Of a stretch of DNA of 64,000 nt, positions 13,081 through 25,241 are shown piece by piece (the first letter of the stretch is position 1; every line of letters begins with the position of its first letter). The DNA lies in the NCBI GenBank assembly GCA_012295275.1, contig CM022677.1, positions 1,860,001 through 1,924,000 on the forward strand, written 5' to 3'. Origin of the DNA: Chrysomallon squamiferum (taxonomy: Eukaryota > Animalia > Mollusca). Both the position numbers and the translations under genes were made by a program. The notes under the pieces were generated by a model. That model did no database searches. It saw only the letters and a program-made list of their open reading frames with translations, and was not told the origin of the DNA.

Positions 13081-14540
13081 ACAACAACTCCGAGCTGATC
13101 AAACCCGAAGGTATTTCCCTTCCTCCCGTACGCCGAGCCGAGTGCCTGGAAAGCGTGGCGAACAGGTAAGGAAATAACAACAATAAAGTTCCGTGATCTC
13201 AATACAATCCGGAAGTTCCAGCAGACCAGACCTGCTCAGCAAAATACAACAACTACACGAGGACATACAACACAACAAGAAAGAACTAACCATGGAGTGG
13301 CTCCCAGCACACGTCAGCATCATCGGTAACGAACTTGCCGACCACTACGCCAAAGAGTCACTCAGCATTAAAGACGAAGACATCTGCACAGACATACATT
13401 ACGGAATAAACGAAATTGTCTCCATCGCTGCCAAACATTACGACAAACAATGGCAAAACGAATGCAACAACACCAAAAACAGATGGCACTTAAACATCAA
13501 ACCATTCGCCAAAACACCCAAAATCACACTCGCCAACAAACTACACAACAACAATCTCACCAAAGCCAGAATTGGTTACTCAACCAATCTAAACGCAATT
13601 CGATACAAACATAACATCACCACATCACCCAACTTCAGTTGTGGACTCTCAGAAACCATGAAACACTACTTGTTTCACTGTCCAAATTTTGCCAAGGAAA
13701 GATAAGCACTACGCAACAAACAACAATTATATAAATCTATTGACTTGCGGATTGATTGGTTGAATAGCTGATGGATCTACTGATGGATCGGCTGATTCAC
13801 GGATGAATTTGAATGGCCAATTAAATTAATAATTAAAAAATGATAAACGTACTATACGAACCCACTTTCAGACACTACTAACCCGGTTATGGTGTCTTAT
13901 TTCAATTTAATACTTTTATAATTTAATTAATTGGATTTATTATTCATTTATTTATTTTTATTTTCTTATTTTTTTATTTTTATTTTTTGCTCACTTATTT
14001 ATTTATTATTATTATTATTATTTTTTTTTTTTTCATATTCTTAGTCCTAGCTTCAGGATATATAACATCTTTTAAATTAAAATAAAATGTAAATCAGTTA
14101 ACTACATTTATATTCTTATTTGTTTATAATACCTTTTAAAACAATAAAAAGACCACTGGTAAAAAAAAAAAAAAAAAAATAGAAAACAGGTTTGGACTAC
14201 GTGGACCAGAAGGAAGCAGCCAAAAAGAAACAACAACAGCAGCGAAGAGCAGAACAAGCAGGACGGCAAACAACACGGACCCGGTGATGGCTGAGAGATT
14301 GTGCCGGAGACCACAGGGGGCGAATTGCGGCTGCGAAACACCGGTACCGACTCGTCACGATCCGATATGCTGGACACTACCTTGTGTCCTACAATCGTGG
14401 CGAGAACCAATTCTTTTCCCTACCCAAAACTCTTTTCCGCGACGGACACACCCGCTGACCTGTCAGAAAGCGTGCCCGTCGCAGACGTGCTTCACAACAG
14501 CTTGCTCTGATTAGCACGTTAATTTTTTCCCTATTCCTAT
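13081..14540 (+). mobile_element. Non-LTR-retroelement-derived repeat (RNase H C-terminal part, cysteine motif, GC-rich 3' module); left arm of inverted pair
   Basis: ORF 13193-13705 has WLPAHVSIIGNELADHYAK, typical of non-LTR RNase H, and SCGLSETMKHYLFHCP, the C-terminal Cys/His motif of LINE ORF2. It ends in ttaattttttccctattcctattcc, a simple-repeat tail. Confidence 0.85.
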
Positions 14541-15116
14541 TCCTAGTCACAACATCCAATAAAACATGCATCCTACAAGCTATTAAAAATATAATCATTT
14601 CAAATAGCACCAGTTATTTGTCGTTGCACATGACTAGGTAGGAAACAATTTACGGCGATTGTAAATAAACTCAACGCGATTTCGGTCTGTAGAAAACCTA
14701 AATTAACGGCGATTTCGCTAAGCACGTGCTATAATGTACACGCTGAAAATAAGAACATTCAAGAAAAACATATAGCAAACAAGTTATTAAAAACAGAAAT
14801 ATAATCATATTAAAAGCGACACACCTTTCTAGTTGTACATACGGCAATTTCGGTAGGGTAGAACACGTATTATAATGTACTCGCTGAAAATAAGAACATT
14901 CGAAAAGGAAAAACATTCAACCAAAAAGTTATTAAAAATATAAAAAACATAGAAATATAATCATTTTCAACAACCCCAAATCTTTCTAGCACATTTTAAA
15001 ATTAAAACGCAAGCACACATGTATACACAATATTTTATTAAAAATGATATTTGAAATATTCGACAAATTGACCTTTCTAACTGTACATAAAATCTACTAC
15101 AATTCAAAATTAAATA

Positions 15117-17938
15117 TTATATAGTTAGATCATCCTCAATTAGATCTGCAGCCAGAGCATGAATGCTCATACAGTGGTCTACTGCATCTGCATCCGAGTC
15201 ATTTGCTCCCCAGTAGGCTACAACATATTTCTTACCTTTGCATACATCTTCTCTATCTTTCCATTGTATATTGCTCTTTCTCCATCATCAATCCACGTAT
15301 GGCAAATCATGCTACCCACTGAATTCCCTGATAAAAGTTCACTTACCTTTTCCAATTTATATTCTGAGAGATCCGAGAATTCAACAGAGAGTCTGTCGAT
15401 GTCTACACTTTTCAATCTTCTCTCCAATCTGTTCCTCTCTGTGGTCTCCTTTGCCTGCAGCTTCTGTACTTGTCTCCTGTTTTGTTCTTCTCTCAGATTC
15501 TTCTGCTTGGTACGCCTGTCCTGTCTGTGTTGTTGGCCCATGTGGATCGCCGTTTTAAAAATACGATCTCCTGTCTCCGTGTCTAGGGCATCAAGATAAT
15601 CCACTGTCCTGTTTTTGATGGCCCTCATTTTACATGAGATGTAGCAGAGAGTAGCATTTGGGGAAATCTTCTGTAAGGAACTAAACATCCCCATGATCTC
15701 TTCTGCATCAATGGTATGACATCTGGCCGACCTTGTCTCATCCCTCAGTCTCTCAGTGAGATCGCAGTGGAAGTATATGTTGTACTGCCGTTCAAGGACG
15801 ACAACTGTTTCATACAAACAACTCTTCATCATGTTCGCAAACAGGGAGATGTCTGTAGGTGCTGCTTGGAGCATCTCCAGAGTTGGTTCTTGCAAAATTA
15901 TATGTCCCAAAAAATCTATCTTGCATGACAGAGCGTCTTCAGGGGACTGTGCACTGACTTTCAGTTTGGCAATAACTTGCTTGACAAGCTCAATGCACTG
16001 AATGTGGTTTACTTGTTCTGGGGCAACTGCTGATTGGTAGAACTTGGTCATCCAAGTCCACTAAGCAGTTTCCCAGTAAGTCCAAGCACCTGCATTTCCA
16101 CTTGTGCAGGAACAGACACAAAGTCTGCTAGGATGCTATGCCGTAAACCACCACAAGATACACCCTTCTGCAGAAAACTCGTGAATAAATTATGGAAGCG
16201 AGTGAAAACGCCACATATGTGAAAAAGGATATGTAGGCGGTTACCTCTGTATCTGGGTAAGATCCCACGTGCCAAGTTTTCGTGGTCCAGAAAAATGATG
16301 AAACCACGAGGATCACCCTTGCTATTCATAAACCTCATTTTGTTCATCTGCACGACTATGTTTCCAGCCAAACAGTCTGTCCCTTTAAGTTTCTTTTCTA
16401 TTCTGATTTCTGCTTCACATACCTTTAGAGCAGCAGGAGTTTTTGTTGCAATTGAGTCCAATGGATGCAAATGGCAATTTAATTCATTGAGTGTTTTGCT
16501 CCACGTTTCATTCAGAAGCTGAAATCCAAGGGCATTGCAAATATTATAAATTATTTTTGTTCTTGCAGTTTGATAATCATCCTCATGAAAGTTTGAGTAT
16601 GTTCTAGTAAGTTCTTAATGGAGTCAGATGTGTGCTCATGGTAATCATCAGCAGTCCCACCAGCCAGTTCATCAACTGCAGCAACATAACAGTTCTCTGG
16701 TGTGGCAATGTGGACACTTTCACATGTGTGCCTCCTGTGTTGTGGCATCAAAACCAAGTGTGCAGCTTTTATTCTCAATTACAGCTTCAGCTGCCTGTAA
16801 TTCCGTTATTACTCCAAGTTCCCTTGTCATTGCCTCAGTAGTGGTTCTGTGTGGGATGTCCTTCAGTGGAACACCACACCGTCAAAAACAATTCTGAAGA
16901 AGAACAGGGATATTGCTGGCTGGCACCTGATTAACAATGGCATCAAATACCATCATTCTTAGGTCTGCAGAATAGACCTTTCCATTATATTTTGTCAATT
17001 TTAGTTTACTAACTGACTCATGAAGCTTTTCTTCAAGCAGGATTTTATCTCTCTGGAGATCAATTATCTCCTTTTGTTTTATTTCAAGTTTTATTTTAAG
17101 TTCAGAAATTTTGTTTTTGGCAGAGAGCAGAGTTTCTGATTCATTTTTATTCTTTTTTTCGCTGTGGTACTTTTTCATTTTTCGTGGGGTTTTTTTAAAG
17201 TTCGATCACATTTGAAACGGTACTTTGTTCTTGAAATTTTGCTATCTGTTCCTCTTTCCGTCTGATTGTTTGGTTTAAGAATTTTACATATCCCTTTTTC
17301 TTTTGCTGTACTCTCACATCTCGGATTGCAATGTGTGTAGTCCTTTGAAGCTGTAGCTGTTTTAGTCTCATATTTGTTAAGGAGTTATTTAATAACTTGC
17401 ATGATTGGCAGTTTTTTGTTTGTCTGGTTTTCCTGAGTGGTTTTTTCAATATTGGAATGGCAGGTTCCTCTGAATCTTCTCCCCAGAGTGAACTGCTATC
17501 CAATAGATTGTGTGGTTCTGGGGAAGCAGTAAAGTAGTGTGGGTTGCAACTCGGTCCAGGTTGGGGCTCATCTAGTTTTCCGGGTACATTCTCAAGATTA
17601 CAGCTTACCGTCAATAAAAAAAATTCTGAACAAAAACACATAAATTTGGTAAATTGTACAGCATAAGCCAGATTTCGAAACTTATCGAACTGGTACACAA
17701 CTTTCTTCACTTCAGCAGAAAGTCTCAACACATGGTTAGGAGTTAGTGAAAAATGACTACATAATTCACTAACTGTTGTTGTTCGACTGTTACCACAGCT
17801 AGTGTAAATATAAAGCACGTGTCCTTTCAAAAACTCATCTGTTGCAGGAACTGTGGAACACTTTTCTTGCAGATGCTGTCTACCTAAGCTCGGTTGGTTA
17901 CATCTAATTAGGCACTGTCTCTTGTTATTCAAAGGCAT
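15117..17938 (-). pseudogene. Degenerate DDE transposase with CxxH motif (hAT/P/MULE-like fold)
   Basis: ORFs 17195-18046, 16882-17178, 16551-16778, 16048-16470 and 15218-16051 join across stops and frameshifts. Motifs read are TLGFDATTQE (candidate first D, ~16735-16762), VDELAGGTADDY, LNELNCHLHPLD (CxxH), YRGNRLHILF, HTIDAEEIMGMFS..PNATL (candidate E) and terminal ALAADLIEDDLTI*. Confidence 0.75.
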
Positions 17939-18379
17939 CTTTTGGTTATTCACTGAAAAAAACAAGAAAAGAGCTGAGAAGACAACTGAAATAAGTTTTA
18001 AAAAGTTGAAATTATGAAAGACAATATTACCAAAGTGAAACATCAACTGTGGGTCAAACCAAAAACTGAGAAAAAAAAAATATATATATATGAAAAGAAA
18101 TGCAAAATTTGAATGACCAGTACAAATTAAATCCAGACAGAATACAATAGCAAGTGCTTATTTGATTTGGTGTTTAGAAATTATAATTGTTTGGTCAATT
18201 TTATGATTTTAAAATCCTAAAACATCTTGAGATTTGAGACAATTATGGATGAAAATACCAATATATTGTTAGGAACATATTTGTCCATCATTCTTATGTA
18301 AGATAATTTAAGAAGAATAAGTCAGCATAATCCATTCTCAAACGTAAGTCCTTACACAGGAAGTTTGGTCTGCCATGAC

Positions 18380-18990
18380 ACTTTCACTTCGGCGATCTAA
18401 CGTCGAAATAACCATGCTTGACGAGGTAAAGATTAGAGTTACTAGTTAGCATGCTTGCAGCTGCTTGACAAAATTTCAAAGACAATTAGATAAAAATCTA
18501 ATTATTATGTCCAGCTACTTTTCATTCGTCTCATGTAACCGGTGTTAGTGACTGTAGCATGTTGAACATTCGTAATTTTGAAGAAAAAAACAGAAGCTCA
18601 AACTGGCGATATAATGCCAACAAACCATATTTCACGAGGTTAAAAATTACAATTAAGAGCCTCGAAGCTGCTTTATAAAATTTCAAAGACAATAAGATAA
18701 TAAAACAAATTATTATATCCAGCTTCTTTTCATTCGTGTCACATAACCGGTTTTAGTTATTGTAGCATGTTGAAAATTCCGTAAAAGTTTCACGATGTCG
18801 ATCGAACACCAAAATTACACATAGACCATATTTCACGAGGCGATCATAACAATTGAATGCGTCCAAGCATTTTGATAAAATTTTAAAAACAATAAGATAA
18901 AAAACCAAAGTTAATGTCCACTTACCTTTCGTTTGTGTCACGTAGCTGGTTGTAGTGATTCAAGCGTGTTGAAAATTCGTAATTTTCTAA
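18380..18990. repeat. Three ~200-bp imperfect tandem units upstream of the transposase (subterminal-type repeats)
   Basis: acaat(t/a)agataa..ccagct..ttttcattcgt..taaccgg..tagt..gtagcatgttgaa recurs at ~18482, ~18689 and ~18889. Confidence 0.8.
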
Positions 18991-19206
18991 AAGGCAGCGT
19001 AGACACAGAAAAACTCAACGGAATCAAAATATTCGAAATCGTGAGCACTTATCAATATCCCGTCTGAGTTTGTATACAGAAATCCCAAGTAAAGAATACA
19101 ACACGAGCCAAAGAAAAGCTAACAAACGGCGCCCCCCCCCCCCTCATGCAAAACACGTTTTCAGTGGAACAGCTAATTGGTAAGAAACGACAGCCGCTAA
19201 TCGCAA

Positions 19207-19313
19207 GTATCTGCACATACTAAATATACAGTTACATAGTTAAATCTTACGATTCCACGAGTATCTGCACATACTAAATACATAGTCACATAGTTAAATC
19301 TTACGATTCCACG
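19207..19313. repeat. Two-copy ~54-bp tandem duplication
   Basis: gtatctgcacatactaaata..atagttaaatcttacgattccacga occurs twice. Confidence 0.9.
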
Positions 19314-19614
19314 ATACGTTATCAAAGCAAATAGCGTTGACAAATAATACAAAACTAATTCAGCCCAGTTGGTTACTTGATCTTTCTAAATAATCTTTTA
19401 ATTATTAAAATACGTTATCTTTGTTTTTATAAACGTAAGTACCACAGAATAACACTATGAAAAATTCAACAGTAATAGATTTAGCTATCTTCAATCATTC
19501 AAGATGTATGTTACATATACAAAACATTAAACCATAATTACCATTGTCTGCGTTTTCCTTTGTCTTGTGCCGACAAAGACTCTCAAGAATGGCACTGATC
19601 AAAGAGATCTCGTT

Positions 19615-20750
19615 CAATGGAATGGAATGGAAAAAAATTAACGTGCTAATCAGAGCAAGCTGTTCTGAAGGTCGTCTGCGACGGGCACGCTTTCTGACAG
19701 GTCAGCGGGCGTGTCCGTCGCAGAAAAGAGTTTTGGGTATGGAAAAGAATTGGTTCTCGCCACGATTGCAGGACACAAGGGAGTGTCCAGCATATCGGAT
19801 CGTGACGAGTCGGTACCGATGTTTCGCAGCCGCAATTCGCCCCCTGTGGTCTCCGGCACAATCTCTCAGCCATCACCGGGTCCGTGTTGTTTGCCGTCCT
19901 GGTTGTTCTGCTCTTGGCTGCTGTTGTTGTTTCGTTTTCTGTTTAAAAAAAAAAAAAAGTTTAAAGTTTGTGTTTTGTGTTGAGAATGTAATTTGTTACT
20001 GCAGCGAGGACTAACTGTCTGTCTTTTATGTTTGGTGCCAGGGTGTGTGAACTTAATTTTTAGTTCCTCCAGTGTAGTGCTTTTCTTTCATTGGCAAAAT
20101 TTGGACAGTGAAACAAGTAGTGTTTCATGGTTTCTGAGAGTCCACAACTGAAGTTGGGTGATGTGGTGATGTTATGTTTGTATCGAATTGCGTTTAGATT
20201 GGTTGAGTAACCAATTCTGGCTTTGGTGAGATTGTTGTTGTGTAGTTTGTTGGCGAGTGTGATTTTGGGTGTTTTGGCGAATGGTTTGATGTTTAAGTGC
20301 CATTTGTTTTTGGTGTTGTTCCATTCGTTTTGCCATTGTTTGTCGTAATGTTTGGCAGCGATGGAGACAATTTCGTTTATTCCGTAATGTATGTCTGTGC
20401 AGATGTCTTCGTCTTTAATGCTGAGTGACTCTTTGGCGTAGTTGTCGGCAAGTTCGTTACCGATGATGCCGACGTGTGCTGGGAGCCACTCCATGGTTAG
20501 TTCTTTCTTGTTGTGCTGTATGTCCTCGTGTAGTTCTTGTATTTTGCTGAGCAGGTCTGGTCTGCTGGAACTTCCGGATTGTATTGAGATCACGGAACTT
20601 TATTGTTGTTATTTCCTTACCTGTTTGCCCCGCTCAGCACGCACTCGGCTCGGCGTACGGGAGGAAGGGAAATACTTTCAGGTTTGATCAGTCCGGAGTT
20701 GTTGTTGTTGTTATTGTTGTTGTTGTTATTGTTATTATTGTTATTATTGT
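19615..20750 (-). mobile_element. Non-LTR-derived RNase H repeat; right arm, inverted relative to 13081-14540
   Basis: ORF 20060-20593 is nearly identical to 13193-13705. 19630-19925 is the reverse complement of ~14235-14530. An (AATGG)n tail is at 19616-19630. Confidence 0.9.
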
Positions 20751-20766
20751 AGCAATACGTAACTAC

Positions 20767-20966
20767 NNNNNNNNNNNNNNNNNNNNNNNNNNNNNNNNNN
20801 NNNNNNNNNNNNNNNNNNNNNNNNNNNNNNNNNNNNNNNNNNNNNNNNNNNNNNNNNNNNNNNNNNNNNNNNNNNNNNNNNNNNNNNNNNNNNNNNNNNN
20901 NNNNNNNNNNNNNNNNNNNNNNNNNNNNNNNNNNNNNNNNNNNNNNNNNNNNNNNNNNNNNNNNNN
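20767..20966. other. Assembly gap (200 N)
   Basis: Run of N. Confidence 1.
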
Positions 20967-21290
20967 CTGCTTTTCAACATGAGATCTAAGATCAGCTAAA
21001 TGTCAACAGAACTTTTGTAACATCATGTTTTGTGACAGTGAAAGTATCATTTATTACTTTTATTTTCTCAAAGAAAAAGTGCTTCAGATTCGAGATCAGA
21101 ACGACATTTGACTTCTTCACACGATTAACTGTTCCTTCCCATGACACCTGGTGGAAACCTACCTGAGTTCAATTTATGTTAATGTATGCTAATTTATTCC
21201 TGCCTTAGCAAAATGGTAACACCATGACATACAAAAGCCTTCTGAGACCTTATATTAATTTTACAATTTTGAAACATTATTATTATTATT

Positions 21291-21328
<38 letters not shown>

Positions 21329-22556
21329 TATTATTATTATTATTATTGTTGTTGTTGTTGTTGTTGTTGTTGTTATTATTTTAAATTATCTTGTGTGCTA
21401 TTATATAAGCAGTCGGACACCCACTGAAATACTCGTCTCTGTTAAACACAACTATTCTTGTATAAACGCTACAACTGTTAAAAATACGACTTTCTCAACT
21501 GACCTGTGGTTCAGTCAGGTAGAATGAACAGAAAAACTGAGCAGTGTAAAAATACAAGTTTTAACTCTCTCTGAATACGCGCCACAGCTTCTATTCTTAA
21601 CATGAATGATTTATTTACATAACACTGCGTTTTCTTCACTCACTACACATAAAATGAAGGTAGTCGTCGTTGTATTCTGTTTTTGATATAAATTAAAAAC
21701 GTTTCTCTCCCACGACACGTTGTGTCTGCGTGTGCAATAAATTATAATATTCGACATGAATCGCTTTGATATTGTAAAACATTTCTTAACACTTGTATTA
21801 TGACAAATATCAATATTGAAACCCATAGCTATTTTATTGACAGGAGAAAACTATTCTCACTGCTCTACAGTTTAGAAGTAAACAATATTTTAGAAATACC
21901 TTCTCAAAGACAGTAAAAAAAAAGGATTTTCAATTCATAAGTTTTCTAGCCATGTTGAACTAGAAAGCAAACCTGCCTACAACATTCACTAATAAATAAT
22001 AATTCATGTACTTTTATCACAGAGACAATTATTTATTTATTTACTTACACACATTTTACTTATTTACTTGTTTGTTTATTTGTTTTCATTTTATTATTAT
22101 TTTTTCACTCCAGTATATTTTTAAAACTAATTATCTTATTAAGTACTGATATGTAGTTCTTTCAACTCTTCTCGGTAAATCTAAAGTTACCAAGAAAGAA
22201 TGGTGTGTAAAATCGTGGTATGTTGTGTACTTTTTGTAGTAAGATATGAAAAACTGTTTAGATGATAAAACAATGTAACAAAGTTTAAATTTATTTTACT
22301 ACGACACAATAAAATTTATTTGGATGGAATACAAGAATAATACGAAACAAATTTTATACTTTGATTTAATTGATTTCTTTTTTTTTTTTTTTTCAATCAT
22401 TTGATTTCTTATTCTTTCACTCAAGTTTCATACATCCGTTCCTACAATCAGATTTATGAAAATAATTTATTTTACTTATATAACTTATTATATATATATG
22501 TATTGTTACATTTTATTGTTATTGTCATAACTATTGTTATTATTATTAATAATAAT

Positions 22557-22592
<36 letters not shown>

Positions 22593-23887
22593 TATTTTCT
22601 GTCGAAACTGATTGGGTACAGGGTTATGGTTGGATTATGTTAAGAAATGTGTTAGGATAGTATTAAGTCTAGGGTGATAGTGGGGGAGGTGTTAGGATTA
22701 GGGTTTTGGCTATGGACAGACAGTGAGACGAAATTAATCATAAACTTAATCACAGGCTTAGGTGCACAGATGTAGAGCTAACATTCAGATAAGTAATATC
22801 AGAAACGTTCTTGTATTTAGAGTTAATTCGGGGATAGTATTAGTATTGGTTTAAGGTTAAATATAAAGATAAAATTAGTAATTCCTATAAATATTTTCAT
22901 GTATGAATAATATCCTGTTTGAAAACCATCCTGAATTAACACTACCCTCTACAACTCACCAATCTCTGAAATATGTGGAATTTGATGCTGAAAGAGAAAC
23001 CACTTTGAAACACTCATTAAACTAACTCAACACCCTATGAACCCTCTTTTGGCTTCATCTTACAACCCTCTTTATGTCTGTCATGACCTGTTTTCTACAC
23101 CATTTCTCCCACCTGTAGCGTTCTCTTTATCTATATTGTCAATACACATTTTAACATCGAACCAGACTGCTTCAAAAGCATTACAATAAGAGTGTTCTAA
23201 AAGCCTTTTTATGAATAATGGAACTTATCCTTTTTCTGCTTTTATATCGTTGTGAATAACACCCGAGTATGCTTTTGTGTTTCTCATACAGCAGTGACAC
23301 GCTATTTGTATCTGACCTACATTACAAACAAACGTCACGTGTTAGTTTAACTTGATATACTGGTCATGCAAGCATCGTCAAAGAAATAAAATATGTACAC
23401 GTATATTTAGTGCACTGTAAAATTTATTTCATGTTCTTATTGTTGTTGTTGCTCTTGTTTCTATTATTATTATTATTATTATACAGATTTTATAACTTAC
23501 CTATAAACAATGCAATCTAATAGTACTTAATCTAATCAATTGTTGTAATCAATTTTAAAAACGATTTATGTAAGATGAGTATACATATATCTCGTAGCAC
23601 GATTTCTTTATTTTATTCTGACATTGAAACCTAACAACGTGACACTTGATCTGTGTCGTGTGGAGGTCTGGTGCAGCCCGGGGCCAACTCCTTGATTGTA
23701 ATTCCCAAAGATTCAAGTACAAGGCCTAGCACTGAGAAATAGTATGAGAAAGGAAGATATTTTGAATATGTAAACACAGATGAAACATAAATACTTTATT
23801 CGATTTAAATATAAATCTGGATGCCCGGTGCCAGACCCCCTTCGGCCCTCACCTCTGCTCGCCACTGCACTTGATAACGTGTAAAAT

Positions 23888-24825
23888 ATCTGACGTCACT
23901 CGCGTGTTTATCAGTGGAGGATTTTAAGAACCAAAAGTACACAAAGCAGAAATAAAACAAGTCGGCCATATTGAAAGTCTATGATATTTTTATTTTATTA
24001 TGTTTTAACTATTCCAGTGTTCTTAATTTATTACTAGTAGTAGTAGTAGTAATATCTTTAATACTAGTACTACTATTTCATTTCGTTTTATTTTAATTTA
24101 GTTTGTATTCATTTATTCTTAGATCGGTGATAGCAGTGATCTACAGCAGTTGACTCGATAGAGAGAAAATAGTCGCTTAAATAAATTCTCCATCAGCAAG
24201 TTTAAATTAGAAGGTATTTTAAATTGTTTTCTATTTCAAAAATATCGCATCCTGTTTTTTTTCTTTATTAATATTTCTTGTTCTTTAGTGTTTGTTTTTA
24301 GATCTGTCACTGGCGGATAATTTTGCTGACTTTTCGAGAAGTAAATTGTTATAAATGACCACAAGTACATTGCGATATGAAAATCGTTTCTCCCACAGTG
24401 AAATATTTCTTACCTGACTGACCACTCACCTCTGTTTATAATAATAATTATAATTATAATAATTCTTTGTGTCTTCGTCATCATCATAGTAATCATTACT
24501 ATAACCACAAGGTATTTCTTTTTTATCCTTTATCTATCCGATGTTTTTCTTTCTTTCCTTATTTTTTATTTATTTATTTATTTATTTATTTTTAGATCTC
24601 TGATCTCAGTGTTCAGTAGTAGAGGCGTTAAACAGAAAGTAGTCGGTTTCTAAAAATTATTTTGATTAATTTTTTTTTTTAAAAATTGTTTTTTGTTTTG
24701 GAATTTTTATATGTAAAGGTGTTTGTTTCGGTTTTGGAATATGTCCATCTTACAGGTCTTATGTACACGGAAATTTTATTTGTAAGTTTATATTTAGCAT
24801 GATTATTATAGTTTATTTGATTTTG

Positions 24826-24895
<70 letters not shown>

Positions 24896-25179
24896 CCTCT
24901 GTTTCTAGTGAAAACATGGCCACCTCAACTGCAGTCTCAGGTTGGCAGACAGGGAAGAATCTGGTAGAATGCCTTGAACACGTTTTTCTTACAAGAACTC
25001 ACACGGACGTCAGATTTTTAGTTGGGGAACATAAAACTGCTGTCCATGCTCATCAGTTAATTCTGATCATTCGAAGCGAAGTTTTCAGTCAGATGTTGAC
25101 TGGAGAACTTCGCGAAAAATCAGATATTGTGATACCGGATGTGAAGGGAGACATTTTCGCAGAGTTTTTAAAGTATGTT

Positions 25180-25241
<62 letters not shown>

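Noticed and set aside
13193-13705. Functional host RNase H gene, or a diversity-generating retroelement acting on the BTB genes
   Set aside because: The RNase H is N-terminally truncated with no linked intact RT. The PHR differences are not restricted to adenines and no template repeat is visible.
14281-14346. Hammerhead ribozyme (ctgagaga..gaaa within a ccggtg/caccgg stem)
   Set aside because: The core is CUGAGAG rather than CUGANGA, and there is no stem I or NUH site.
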